This document shows, one piece after another, positions 1 through 9,548 of a stretch of DNA of 32,000 bases (position 1 is its first letter; each line of letters begins with the position of its first letter). Made by a program: the position numbers and the translations under genes. Below the pieces are notes generated by a model. It was not told the origin of the DNA and did not search any database. It saw only the letters and a program-made list of their open reading frames with translations. Origin of the DNA: Wigglesworthia glossinidia endosymbiont of Glossina brevipalpis (GTDB lineage: Bacteria > Pseudomonadota > Gammaproteobacteria > Enterobacterales > Enterobacteriaceae); NCBI GenBank assembly GCA_000008885.1, contig BA000021.3, positions 270,001 to 302,000 of the forward strand. Direction: 5' to 3'.

Positions 1-1317
1 TGCTATATTATAAGCTAGCTTGATTATTTTATTTTCTTCTTTACCTTCTACCATTATTCTTATCAAAGGTTCTGTTCCAGATTTTCTTAATAATATTCTT
101 CCATTACCATCTAAATTTTTTTTAGATATTTCAATAATTTTTTTTACTATATTTGATTCTAAAGGATTATTTTCTTTATCTATTTGAACATTAATTAAAA
201 TTTGGGGAAATAAATTTATTCCATTGCAAAGATTTTTCAATGTTGTATTGTTCTTTGCTATAATTGATAAAATTTGCAATCCTGCTATTATTCCGTCTCC
301 AGTAGATGTATGATCTAACAAAATTACATGACCTGAATTTTCAGCTCCTATTTTCCATCCTTGTTTTTCTAGTTCGTTTAATACGTATCTATCTCCAATT
401 CTAGACCTGATGAAAGGTACCTCTAATTTTTTTAGAGCTATTTCTAGTCCCATATTGCTCATTAGAGTTCCAACTACACCTCCATTTAATTTTTTATTTT
501 TTAATTTATCACAAGCTATAATATATAAAATTTGATCACCATTAACAATATTTCCAAGATGATCTATCATAATAATTCTATCTCCATCTCCATCATATGC
601 TATTCCTAAATGAGCTTTATTTTGTAAAACTTTTTTTCTTAAAAGTGATATATTTGTTGTTCCACATTTATAATTTATATTTTTTCCGTTTGGATTACAT
701 CCTAATTTAAAAACATTTGCTCCAAGATTTTTTAACAAAACAGGTGCTATTTGATATGTAGATCCATTAGCACAATCTACAACAATATTTAACCCTTTTA
801 AATTTATATTATTTGATACTGTAGATCTACAAAATTTAATGTATTGATTTATTAAATTTACTTTCTGATATTTATTTTTACAATATATATTTTTTTTTAA
901 AATTGTTAATTTAGATAATTTGATTTCTATATCATTTTCTAATTTATCTGATAACTTTTTTCCATTTACAGAGAATATTTTAATTCCATTATCAGAACAT
1001 AAATTATGTGATGCAGAAACTGATATACCTGCGTCTGCTTTTAAATAAGATGTTAAATAAGAAATTGCTGGAGTAGGAATAGATCCAATCAATAAAGACG
1101 AAAGACCAGAACATGATAGACCATATGCTAGTGTAGACTCTAGTATAAATCCAGATTGTCTAGTGTCATTTCCTATTAATACTTTATTAAAAGAATTTTC
1201 TTTATATAATAAATTTCCAATTACAAAACCTAACTTAAAAAAAAATTCTGGAGTGATTGGGTTTTTACCAACTTTCCCTCTTATTCCATCTGTTCCAAAA
1301 TATTTATTATTTTCCAT
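1..1317 (-). CDS. glmM: Phosphoglucosamine mutase (GlmM); the last few C-terminal codons lie beyond the left window edge
   Basis: Absent from the ORF track only because no stop codon lies inside the window. My own minus-strand translation from ATG 1317..1315 gives [19 protein letters not shown] (E. coli GlmM has [10 protein letters not shown]). Mid-gene it reads ...[26 protein letters not shown] (phosphoserine loop). At the window edge it reads ...[34 protein letters not shown]. The first and last codons are in the same phase (1317 nt = 439 codons). The ATG overlaps the folP stop by 11 nt. Confidence 0.92.
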
Positions 1318-2107
1318 AAAATAAATTTTTTTTTGCTAAGATAAATTTTTTAAATATATCAATTGCAACAATTGTTTCTTTTACATCATGAGCTCTAATT
1401 ATAGAAGCCCCTTCAATCAAGGAAAGAATAGCACATGAAATACTTCCAGATAAACGGCTTTCTGGAGTAAATAAATTATTTTCATCTGTCATTGATTTTC
1501 TTGACATTCCTACTAATATTGGAATATTAAAAGATTTAAATTTTCCTAAATTTGACAATAAAGTAAAATTATGATTTATTGTTTTGCCAAAACCAAAACC
1601 TGGATCTATAATGATACGATCTTTACTTATTCCTTTGCTTTTAAGAAAATTTATTTTTTTTTCAAAAAATTTTTTTATTTCTGACAAAATGCAATTATAT
1701 TTTGGTTTTTTTTGCATAAATCTAGGGCTTCCCCTCATATGCATTAGACAGATCATAATATCACTTTTAGAAATAACATGCAAAGAACTAAACTCCCTTA
1801 AAGATCTAATATCATTTATCATATGAACACCTAAATCTATACATTTTGTTAAAATATTTTGTCTAGAAGTATTTATGGATACAATTATATTGAATTCTTT
1901 TATTATTTCTTTTATTATAGGAATAACTCTACTCTCTTCAACTTTTTCACTAACTCTCTTCGCTCCTGGCCTGCTAGATTCACCTCCTACATCGATTATA
2001 CTTGCTCCTTCAAGTATCATTTTTGAAACTTGTTTTATAGCATTTTTAACATTAATAAATTTTCCACCATCAGAAAATGAATCACTTGTAACATTTAAAA
2101 TTCCCAT
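1307..2107 (-). CDS. folP: Dihydropteroate synthase (FolP)
   Basis: The ORF-track protein starts [15 protein letters not shown] (E. coli FolP has [16 protein letters not shown]) and is colinear to the C-terminus. It lies between ftsH and glmM, as in E. coli. An upstream ATG at 2159 is out of frame across a 10-nt A run (see findings). Confidence 0.9.
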
Positions 2108-2137
2108 AACTGATGGATTATTCAGAACTATATTTGA

Positions 2138-2147
2138 TTTTTTTTTT
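2138..2147 (-). repeat. Sense-strand poly(A) run of 10 nt between an upstream ATG (2159) and the folP ORF
   Basis: Ten consecutive T on the + strand, counted directly. Confidence 0.9.
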
Positions 2148-2200
2148 AATTTTTTTCATAAATTTTTAATATTTATTAAAATTATATTTTGTTTATTTTA

Positions 2201-4117
2201 TCATTGTATATTATTAGTAACACTTGTATTGTTAGATATGTTATTTTTAGATTTATTTATAATATCATCTTTATTATTATGTCTTTTAGAATCTTGGTTA
2301 TCACATGGTGGCCTAACTGGTTTTCTTTTCATTAAATCATCTATTTGATATGCATTTATAGTCTCGTATTTCATCAAAGCATCTTTCATTGCATGTAATA
2401 TATCAATGTTATCTATAATTAGATTTTTAGCTCTTAAATAATTTTTTTCTATTAATATTTTTATTTCTTGATCAATAATTCTGGCAGTTTTATCAGATAT
2501 ATTTTGAGATTTTGTCACTGAGCGTCCTAAAAATATCTCTCCTTCTTCTTCTGAATACAACAACGGACCTAATTTATCAGAAAATCCCCACTGAGTTATC
2601 ATATTTCTTGCAATAGATGTTGCTACTTTTATGTCATTAGACGCACCAGTAGATACATTAGATAGTCCATATATAATTTCTTCTGCTAATCTACCTCCAT
2701 ATAAAGTTGAAATTTGGCTTTCTAGTTTTTGTCTACTTATGCTTATAACATCTCCTTTAGGTAAAAAAAATGTAATTCCTAAAGCTCTTCCTCTAGGGAT
2801 TATTGTCACTTTATGAACAGGATCATGACCTGGAACTAACCTGCCAACTATTGCATGGCCAGCTTCATGATATGCAGTGGCTTCTTTTTGTTTTTCTGTC
2901 ATAACAAGTGATTTTCTTTCTGCACCCATCATTATTTTATCTTTTGCTTTTTCAAACTCCATCATAGACACATTTTTTTTATTTTTCCTAGCAGCAAATA
3001 AAGCTGCTTCATTTACTAAGTTTGCTAAGTCCGCCCCAGAAAATCCAGGAGTTCCTCTAGCAATAACTGCGGCATCTATATCAGAAGAAAGAGGAATAGC
3101 TTTCATGTGAACTTTAAGTATTTGTTCTCTACCTCTAACATCTGGAAGACCAACTACAACTTGTCTATCGAATCTACCAGGTCTTAAAAGAGCTGGATCT
3201 AAAACATCAGGTCTATTTGTAGCAGCAATTACAATAATTTCTTCATTTCCTTCAAACCCATCCATTTCTACTAACATTTGATTTAAAGTTTGCTCTCTTT
3301 CATCATGACCTCCTCCCAATCCAGCCCCTCTTTGTCTTCCTACTGCATCAATTTCATCAATAAATATAATGCATGGAGCAGTTTTTTTAGCTTGATCAAA
3401 CATGTCTCGTACCCTAGATGCTCCAACTCCTACAAACATTTCTACGAAATCAGATCCAGAAATTGTAAAAAATGGAACTTTTGCTTCTCCAGCAATAGCT
3501 TTTGCTAAAAGAGTTTTTCCAGTACCAGGAGGCCCTACCATTAATATTCCCTTTGGGATTTTCCCACCAAGTTTTTGAAATCTGCTTGGCTCTTTTAAAT
3601 AATCTACTAATTCGCTTACTTCTTCTTTAGCTTCATCACATCCTGCAACGTCTGAGAATGTAGTTTTTATTTGATCTTCTGTAAGCATTTTAGCTTTACT
3701 TTTACCAAAAGACATTGCTCCTTTCCCTCCTCCTCCTTGCATTTGCCTCATAAAAAATATCCATACTCCTATTAATAATAGCATTGGAAACCAAGATATA
3801 AAAATAGAAGTTAATAAACTTGGTTCTTCAGGAGGTTCGCCTATTATTTTTACATTCTTAGATAATAATATATCTAATAATTTAGAATCATTAATAGGAA
3901 TATATGTAACATATCTACTTCCATCTTTTTTTAAAGCAAAAATTTCTCTACCATTAATTCTAGTTTCTTTTATTTGATCTTGATTAAGCTCTGAAATAAA
4001 AGCAGAATATTCTACTTTTCTTCTATTTGAATCATTTGGGCCAAAACTTTGAAAAATAGACATTAAAACAACTGCTATTATTAACCAAAGAATTAGGTTT
4101 TTAGCCATGTCACTCAA
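2201..4117 (-). CDS. ftsH: ATP-dependent zinc metalloprotease FtsH
   Basis: N-terminus [25 protein letters not shown] is near-identical to E. coli FtsH. Walker A GPPGTGKT, Walker B IIFIDEID and zinc motif HEAGHA are present. The ORF-track start at 4117 is TTG; an in-frame ATG at 4108 (MAKNLILW) is an equally plausible start. Confidence 0.97.
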   Translation of the reverse strand: MSDMAKNLILWLIIAVVLMSIFQSFGPNDSNRRKVEYSAFISELNQDQIKETRINGREIFALKKDGSRYVTYIPINDSKLLDILLSKNVKIIGEPPEEPSLLTSIFISWFPMLLLIGVWIFFMRQMQGGGGKGAMSFGKSKAKMLTEDQIKTTFSDVAGCDEAKEEVSELVDYLKEPSRFQKLGGKIPKGILMVGPPGTGKTLLAKAIAGEAKVPFFTISGSDFVEMFVGVGASRVRDMFDQAKKTAPCIIFIDEIDAVGRQRGAGLGGGHDEREQTLNQMLVEMDGFEGNEEIIVIAATNRPDVLDPALLRPGRFDRQVVVGLPDVRGREQILKVHMKAIPLSSDIDAAVIARGTPGFSGADLANLVNEAALFAARKNKKNVSMMEFEKAKDKIMMGAERKSLVMTEKQKEATAYHEAGHAIVGRLVPGHDPVHKVTIIPRGRALGITFFLPKGDVISISRQKLESQISTLYGGRLAEEIIYGLSNVSTGASNDIKVATSIARNMITQWGFSDKLGPLLYSEEEGEIFLGRSVTKSQNISDKTARIIDQEIKILIEKNYLRAKNLIIDNIDILHAMKDALMKYETINAYQIDDLMKRKPVRPPCDNQDSKRHNNKDDIINKSKNNISNNTSVTNNIQ

Positions 4118-4161
4118 AGGGCAACCTCATTTGTAAATGTTTTAATAGTATAATCAGAATA

Positions 4162-4772
4162 CTATAGTTTATAATTAACTGCCACAATGTATATTTCTTT
4201 AGAACGAGATCTTGATGAAATAGGTTTAAATATTTTTATTTTTTTAAATGAATTTTCAATTTTTTTACAAAAGTTTTTAATTTCTACACTATTAAAACTT
4301 TTAATTATTAATTTTCCGTTTTTTAACAATAAATATTTACATATATTTAATATATTATTATTTAAAGAAATCCATCTAGAATGGTCTATAATTGATAATC
4401 CTGTTATATTAGGTGATATATCACATAATATTATGTGTACTTTTTTTTTACTTTTTTTATTTTTTTAATAGTAATTTTTTCAAAAATATTTCCTAATATG
4501 AAAGATACATTTGGAATGGGATTCATCAAATCAATATCACAAGCAATTACTTTGCCTGACATTCCAACTTTTTGAGATGAATATTTAGACCAACCACCTG
4601 GAGATGATCCTATGTCTAATACTACCATTCCTGGTTTAATAATATTATTTTTTTTTTGTATTTCGTCAATTTTAAACCAAGCTCTAGACCTGTATTTACA
4701 TTTTTTGGATTCTTTTACAAATTTATCTGAATAATGTTCCGACAACCACCAATTAGAACACATATTTTTCAT
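4162..4772 (-). pseudogene. rlmE: 23S rRNA U2552 2-prime-O-methyltransferase RlmE/FtsJ, reading frame broken mid-gene in an A9 run. It is formally a frameshift pseudogene as written, but both halves are conserved.
   Basis: The N-terminal half is ORF 4431..4772 (WLSEHYSDKFV..RSRAWFKIDEIQ..KPGMVVLDIGSSPGGWS, matching the E. coli RlmE SAM-binding region). I translated the C-terminal half in the -1 frame from 4440 to the stop at 4164..4162: VHIILCDISPNITGLSIIDHSRWISLNNNILNICKYLLLKNGKLIIKSFNSVEIKNFCKKIENSFKKIKIFKPISSRSRSKEIYIVAVNYKL. This matches E. coli ...VVMSDMAPNMSG...FVVKVFQGEGF...[22 protein letters not shown]. Confidence 0.88.
4441..4449 (-). repeat. Sense-strand poly(A) run of 9 nt at the rlmE frame break; mRNA reads GTA AAA AAA AAG TAC
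   Basis: Nine consecutive T on the + strand, counted directly. The upstream frame stops at 4433..4431, and the downstream frame is open only from 4464. Confidence 0.9.
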
Positions 4773-4882
4773 TTTACACCTTTTTAAAATTTAATATATT
4801 TAACAATTTTTGTTTAAATTTTTATTTAAAAAATAAAATATTATGAATATTTTATAATATAATTAATTTTTAAAAAATTTAT

Positions 4883-5359
4883 TTACAAATAATTTATTTT
4901 TAGTATTTTATATTTTATAATACCACTAGGAGTATTTATATTAACTATCTCTAATGTTTTTTTCCCTATTAATCCTCTAGACAAAGGAGAACTAATAGAT
5001 ATTAAATTATTTTTAAAATTTGCTTCATCATCTCCAACTATTTTATAAGTTTTTTCTTCTAAAGTTTTTAAATTTTTTATAGTAATAGTTGACCCAAATA
5101 CTACTCTATCTCTAAATGGGATTTTTTTAATATCAATTATTTTAGAATGCATTAATTTAGATTCAATTTCTTTAATTCTGCTTTCACAAAAATATTGTTG
5201 TTCTTTTGCGGCTTGATATTCGGCATTTTCTTTTAAATCTCCATATTGTCTTGCTTCAGATATAGATTTAATAATTTCAGATCTTTTTGTCTGTTTTAAG
5301 TATTTTAGCTCTTCACGTAATTTTTCTGCGCCTTTCAAGGTCATTGGAATGTAATTCAT
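4883..5359 (-). CDS. greA: Transcript cleavage factor GreA
   Basis: 158 aa. [18 protein letters not shown]...[16 protein letters not shown]...[26 protein letters not shown] is colinear with the 158-aa E. coli GreA. Confidence 0.96.
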   Translation of the reverse strand: MNYIPMTLKGAEKLREELKYLKQTKRSEIIKSISEARQYGDLKENAEYQAAKEQQYFCESRIKEIESKLMHSKIIDIKKIPFRDRVVFGSTITIKNLKTLEEKTYKIVGDDEANFKNNLISISSPLSRGLIGKKTLEIVNINTPSGIIKYKILKINYL

Positions 5360-5484
5360 AAGTGCATCTCTTACAATTTTAAAAAATTAGTGATTAATAA
5401 ATTAAATTAAATTATTATGATTAATTTTTATAATTATATTTATATTTGTAAATAACAATATATGTTAAATAATTTTTACTAAAA

Positions 5485-5558
5485 TGCATCCGAGAGGACT
5501 TGAACCCCTGGCCTCTCGGTTCGTAGCCGAGTGCTCTATCCAACTGAGCTACGGATGC
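5485..5558 (-). tRNA. argV: tRNA-Arg (anticodon ACG); no encoded 3-prime CCA
   Basis: The minus strand reads GCATCCGTAGCTCAGTTGGATAGAGCACTCGGCTACGAACCGAGAGGCCAGGGGTTCAAGTCCTCTCGGATGCA. It folds as a cloverleaf by hand, with anticodon loop CTACGAA, and is close to E. coli argV. The discriminator A is followed by TTTT. Confidence 0.93.
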
Positions 5559-5563
5559 AAAAA

Positions 5564-5651
5564 CGGTGAGAGAGGGATTCGAACCCTCGATGCAAATTAA
5601 TTACATACTCCATTAGCAGAGGAGCGCCTTAATCCGCTCGGCCATCTCACC
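5564..5651 (-). tRNA. serV: tRNA-Ser (anticodon GCU), long variable arm; no encoded 3-prime CCA
   Basis: The minus strand reads GGTGAGATGGCCGAGCGGATTAAGGCGCTCCTCTGCTAATGGAGTATGTAATTAATTTGCATCGAGGGTTCGAATCCCTCTCTCACCG. The anticodon loop is CTGCTAA and the T-loop is GGTTCGAATCC. Only 5 nt separate it from the downstream tRNA-Arg. Its position after alaS matches the E. coli order alaS-csrA-serV-argV. Confidence 0.92.
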
Positions 5652-5700
5652 TATATTTAAAAGGCAAAAATAATACTTATTATTAAAAGCATTTTTTATG

Positions 5701-8322
5701 TTATTTTAAATTTTTTGATAATATCATAAATATTTTTTTAAACATAGATTTTAAATCTATTAAATTTACTACTCCTACAGCTTCTGCAAAATAAGAATTT
5801 CCCCCGCCTTTTATAGATTTTATTTCTTTAAAATATGATATAATCTCTTTTGCTGTTATTATATTAACTAAATTATTAGTTACTCCTGTTACAATATATA
5901 AGTTATCTTTTTTGATCGAAGCCAAAATAACAATCCCATTTTTTAAATTTGTTTTTACTTTATTTAAAATTTCTCTTAATATAATTTTATCAATCTCTTC
6001 ATTAAAATAATCCATTATTATTTCAAAATTATTAATTTTTTTAATTTTATTAAAAATCAATTTTATATAATTTTTTATTATTTTATTTTTTAAATTTTTA
6101 TTTTTTTTCTCTAGAATTTTTAAGTTCTCTGTTATTTTTTCTATTTTATTAACAATTTCATTAGAATTACTTTTTATTAAAGAACTAATAGTGTTAATAT
6201 CATTAAATTTTTTTTGTATGAATGCAATTGCAGTTTCTCCTGTTATTGCTTTTATTCTATAAGTGTCAGAGGAAATTTTAGAAAAATTAGTTATAACAAA
6301 ACATCCGATATCTCCTGTTCTATTAGCATGAGTTCCTCCACATAATTCGATAGAAAAATCTCCAATATTTAATACTCTAACTAAATCTTTATATTTATTT
6401 TTAAATAAAGCTTTAGCTCCAATTTTTAATGCATTTTTTAAATCCATATTGTTAGAATGAATAATTACATTATCTCTAATTTTCTCATTTATTATATTTT
6501 CAATTTCATTAATTTTTTCTATATTAATTTTTTTACCATAAGAAAAATCAAAACTTAAATATTTTTCACATATTAAAGAACCTTTTTGAATAATATTTTT
6601 ATCTAATAAACAATTTATAGCATAATGTAATAAATGAGTTGAAGAATGATTTAAAGAAATTTTATTTCTTTTTATTTTATTTACATATGCAGTTATTTTA
6701 TTATTTATTTTTAATATACCTTGAATAACTTTTCCATAATGGTAAAAATAGTTTCCTAACTTTTTAGTATCAATTACTGAAAAAACTCCATCTTTAGATT
6801 TTATTTCTCCAGAATCTCCAACTTGTCCTCCAGATTCACCGTAAAATGGTGTTTTATCTAAAATAATAATTCCTTCTTGATTTTCTTTTATTTCTTTTAT
6901 TTCTTCTTTTAAATTATATATATTTAATATTTGAGATTCACATTTTAAATAAGAATATCCACAAAATTTTGTACAATAATTATTTAATAATTTTAAATTA
7001 AATTTATTAAAACAACTATTTTTATAAGATTTATTTTTTTGCTCGTTCATGGCATGAAAAAAACCTTTTTCATCAACATTTATTTTATTTTTTATACATA
7101 TATCATTAGTAAGATCTATTGGAAATCCAAATGTATCATGTAACTTAAATGCTATTTCTCCTTTTAAAATATTATTTTTTATTTTTTTTAAATTTTTATT
7201 TAGGAAAATCATTCCCTTTTTTATAGAAAAGAAAAAAATTTTTTCTTCTTCTTTAATTATGTTTTCTATTTCTTTTTTCTTTTTTATAATTTTAGAATCG
7301 ATATAGCTCATTATATTAATAGCAGGGGATACAAGTTTATAAAAAAAACAACTTTTATTTAATATATAATTTCCATGAAATATAGCTCTTCTTATAATTC
7401 TTCTTAAAACATACCCTCTTCCTTCTTTTGAAGGAATGACTCCATCATAAATTAAAAAAATTGCAGAACGTATATGATCGGCAATTATTCTTAAAGAATA
7501 ATTTTTGATGTTTTTTATCTCTATTATTTTTGAAATTTCATATATAAGTTTTTTAAATAAATCTATACTATAATTAGAGTTAACTTTTTGTAAAACACAT
7601 GATATTCTTTCCAACCCCATTCCAGTATCAATAGAAGTTATTGGTAAACGAGATAATTTTCCATTTAGATGCAAATTAAATTGCATAAATACTAGATTCC
7701 AAATTTCTATATATTCTTCATCATAAATTTTTATATTTTTATAATTTATTGATTTTCCAAAAAAATAAAATATTTCTGAACATGGACCGCACGGTCCAGT
7801 ATCTCCCATTGTCCAAAAATTATCTGAATTGTATAATATATTGTTTTTATCTTTTATAAAAATTATGTTTTTAGGATTAATATTGGTTTTTTCAACCCAT
7901 AAATTATATGATTCAATATCTTTGTAATATATTGTAACTATTAATTTTTCTTTAGATAAATCAAACCATTTTTTACTAGTTAATAGCTCCCAAGCGAATT
8001 GAATGGTGTCAGATTTAAAATAAGACCCAAAACTAAAATTTCCTAACATTTCAAAAAAAGTATGATGACGATTAGTTTTTCCTATCATGTTTAAATCATT
8101 ATGCTTTCCTCCAACCCTAATGCATCTTTGAGCAGTTGCTACTCGAATATATTTTGGTTTTTTAAAACCAAGGAATATATCTTTAAATTGATTCATGCCA
8201 GAATTAGTGAATAGCAAAGTTTTATCATTATCTGGTATTAATGTACTACTATCCATTATTTTATGTTTTTTTTCATAAAAAAAATTTAAAAATATATTTC
8301 TTATTTCTGTTGTTTTTTTCAT
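5701..8322 (-). CDS. alaS: Alanine--tRNA ligase (AlaRS)
   Basis: 873 aa (E. coli 876). The class II core HHTFFEMLGNFSFG is present, with editing-domain motifs HSSTHLLH and CGGTH. Confidence 0.97.
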   Translation of the reverse strand: MKKTTEIRNIFLNFFYEKKHKIMDSSTLIPDNDKTLLFTNSGMNQFKDIFLGFKKPKYIRVATAQRCIRVGGKHNDLNMIGKTNRHHTFFEMLGNFSFGSYFKSDTIQFAWELLTSKKWFDLSKEKLIVTIYYKDIESYNLWVEKTNINPKNIIFIKDKNNILYNSDNFWTMGDTGPCGPCSEIFYFFGKSINYKNIKIYDEEYIEIWNLVFMQFNLHLNGKLSRLPITSIDTGMGLERISCVLQKVNSNYSIDLFKKLIYEISKIIEIKNIKNYSLRIIADHIRSAIFLIYDGVIPSKEGRGYVLRRIIRRAIFHGNYILNKSCFFYKLVSPAINIMSYIDSKIIKKKKEIENIIKEEEKIFFFSIKKGMIFLNKNLKKIKNNILKGEIAFKLHDTFGFPIDLTNDICIKNKINVDEKGFFHAMNEQKNKSYKNSCFNKFNLKLLNNYCTKFCGYSYLKCESQILNIYNLKEEIKEIKENQEGIIILDKTPFYGESGGQVGDSGEIKSKDGVFSVIDTKKLGNYFYHYGKVIQGILKINNKITAYVNKIKRNKISLNHSSTHLLHYAINCLLDKNIIQKGSLICEKYLSFDFSYGKKINIEKINEIENIINEKIRDNVIIHSNNMDLKNALKIGAKALFKNKYKDLVRVLNIGDFSIELCGGTHANRTGDIGCFVITNFSKISSDTYRIKAITGETAIAFIQKKFNDINTISSLIKSNSNEIVNKIEKITENLKILEKKNKNLKNKIIKNYIKLIFNKIKKINNFEIIMDYFNEEIDKIILREILNKVKTNLKNGIVILASIKKDNLYIVTGVTNNLVNIITAKEIISYFKEIKSIKGGGNSYFAEAVGVVNLIDLKSMFKKIFMILSKNLK

Positions 8323-8423
8323 AATAAAAATATCTTTTGAAATAAAATTTATAAAATAAAAATTAAATTATAAAAATAAATAAATTTTTTAATCAAAAAT
8401 ATTTAATGATATTTTTTAAAAAC

Positions 8424-9419
8424 TTATTTAATCAAATTAATTTCTCTGATTTTTCTAGAAATTTCTTTAGAAATATTTGGATTGTTTTTTAAAAAATTGC
8501 ATGCATTATTTTTTCCTTGTCCTATTTTATTTTTATTATAACTATACCATGAACCTGATTTTTCAATTATATTATGATTAACTCCTAAAGTGATTAATTC
8601 TCCTTCAGTGTTTATTCCATTTCCATATAAAATTTGAAATTCTGCTTGCCTAAAAGGAGCAGATATTTTATTTTTTACTACTTTTACTCTAGTTTCGTTT
8701 CCTATAATAATATCTCCATCTTTAATAGTTCCAATTTTTCTAATATCCAATCTTACTGAAGCATAAAATTTTAAAGCGTTCCCTCCAGTAGTAACTTCAG
8801 GGCTACCAAATATAGTTCCTATTTTAACTCGAATTTGGTTGATAAAAATCAAAAGAGTATTGGCATTTTTAAGATTTCCTGCCAGCTTCCTCATTGCCTG
8901 GCTCATCATTCTAGCCGCTAATCCTAAATGTAAATCGCCTATTTCTCCATCTATTTCAGCTTTTGGAGTCAACGCTGCCACAGAATCTACTATAATAAGA
9001 TCTACTGCTCCTGATCTAGTTAATGAATCACAAATTTCTAAAGCTTGCTCTCCATTATCAGGTTGAGAGCATAATAAATTATTAATATCTACTCCTAGAT
9101 TTTTAGCATATATTGGATCTAAAGCATGTTCAGCATCTATAAATGCACATATTTTACCCTTTTTTTGTGCTTCATAAATAACTTCTAATGTTAATGTTGT
9201 TTTTCCAGAAGATTCAGGACCGTAAATTTCAACAATTCTTCCCATTGGAAGACCTCCTGTGCCTAAAGCAATATCTAAAGACAAAGACCCTGTAGAAATA
9301 GTTTCTATATCCATAGATCTATTTTCTCCAAGAGTCATTATAGATCCTTTTCCGAATTGTTTTTCAATTTTATCTAAAGCTTTTTCTAAAGCTTTTTTTT
9401 TATTGTTTTCAATTATCAT
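8424..9419 (-). CDS. recA: Recombinase RecA, lacking the acidic C-terminal tail
   Basis: 331 aa. Contains [20 protein letters not shown]-loop GPESSGKTT, and is highly similar to E. coli RecA throughout. It ends about 22 aa earlier than the E. coli protein. Confidence 0.97.
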   Translation of the reverse strand: MIIENNKKKALEKALDKIEKQFGKGSIMTLGENRSMDIETISTGSLSLDIALGTGGLPMGRIVEIYGPESSGKTTLTLEVIYEAQKKGKICAFIDAEHALDPIYAKNLGVDINNLLCSQPDNGEQALEICDSLTRSGAVDLIIVDSVAALTPKAEIDGEIGDLHLGLAARMMSQAMRKLAGNLKNANTLLIFINQIRVKIGTIFGSPEVTTGGNALKFYASVRLDIRKIGTIKDGDIIIGNETRVKVVKNKISAPFRQAEFQILYGNGINTEGELITLGVNHNIIEKSGSWYSYNKNKIGQGKNNACNFLKNNPNISKEISRKIREINLIK

Positions 9420-9548
9420 TTAATTCCTCAAAATAATGTATATATAAAAAAATTATTTTGTATTTTTTATAAAAAAATTTTATATTTAATTTTATTTTTT
9501 ATAAATTTTATTTAAAATAATTTTTATATATTAAATTTTAAATTAATT

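Noticed and set aside
1584-2348. Plus-strand ORFs 1584..1826 (80 aa) and 1875..2348 (157 aa).
   Set aside because: They are antisense shadows of folP and the ftsH 3-prime end. The proteins are low-complexity and Phe/Ile/Leu-rich with no recognisable motifs, and the opposite strand carries strongly conserved genes.
2631-3508. Three plus-strand ORFs inside ftsH (2631..2816, 2877..3110, 3290..3508).
   Set aside because: They lie antisense to a near-perfectly conserved FtsH coding sequence and have no homology signal of their own.
4187-4468. Plus-strand ORF of 93 aa.
   Set aside because: It occupies exactly the region where the minus strand encodes the conserved C-terminal half of RlmE in a second frame. 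The plus-strand ORF is an artefact of that gene being frameshifted and therefore missing from the ORF track.
4773-4882. I looked for a sigma-32 heat-shock promoter (CTTGAAA ... CCCCATNT) upstream of rlmE-ftsH.
   Set aside because: No CCCC-containing -10 element or CTTGAA -35 element is present. Sigma-70-like TATAAT/TTGACA matches are so frequent in this composition that I cannot call any promoter with confidence anywhere in the window.
5652-5700. Possible remnants of csrA (5652..5700, between alaS and tRNA-Ser) and recX (8323..8423, between recA and alaS).
   Set aside because: The gaps are only 49 and 101 nt, and no translated frame resembles CsrA or RecX. The genes are deleted rather than pseudogenised.
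8839-9066. Plus-strand 75-aa ORF inside recA. Similar antisense or out-of-frame ORFs occur at 13619..13825 (hemC), 16748..16957 (cysS) and 21735..21920, 21822..22034, 22116..22325 and 22581..22859 (ffh).
   Set aside because: All are embedded in well-supported conserved genes, either antisense or in an alternative frame. They are short and compositionally trivial.
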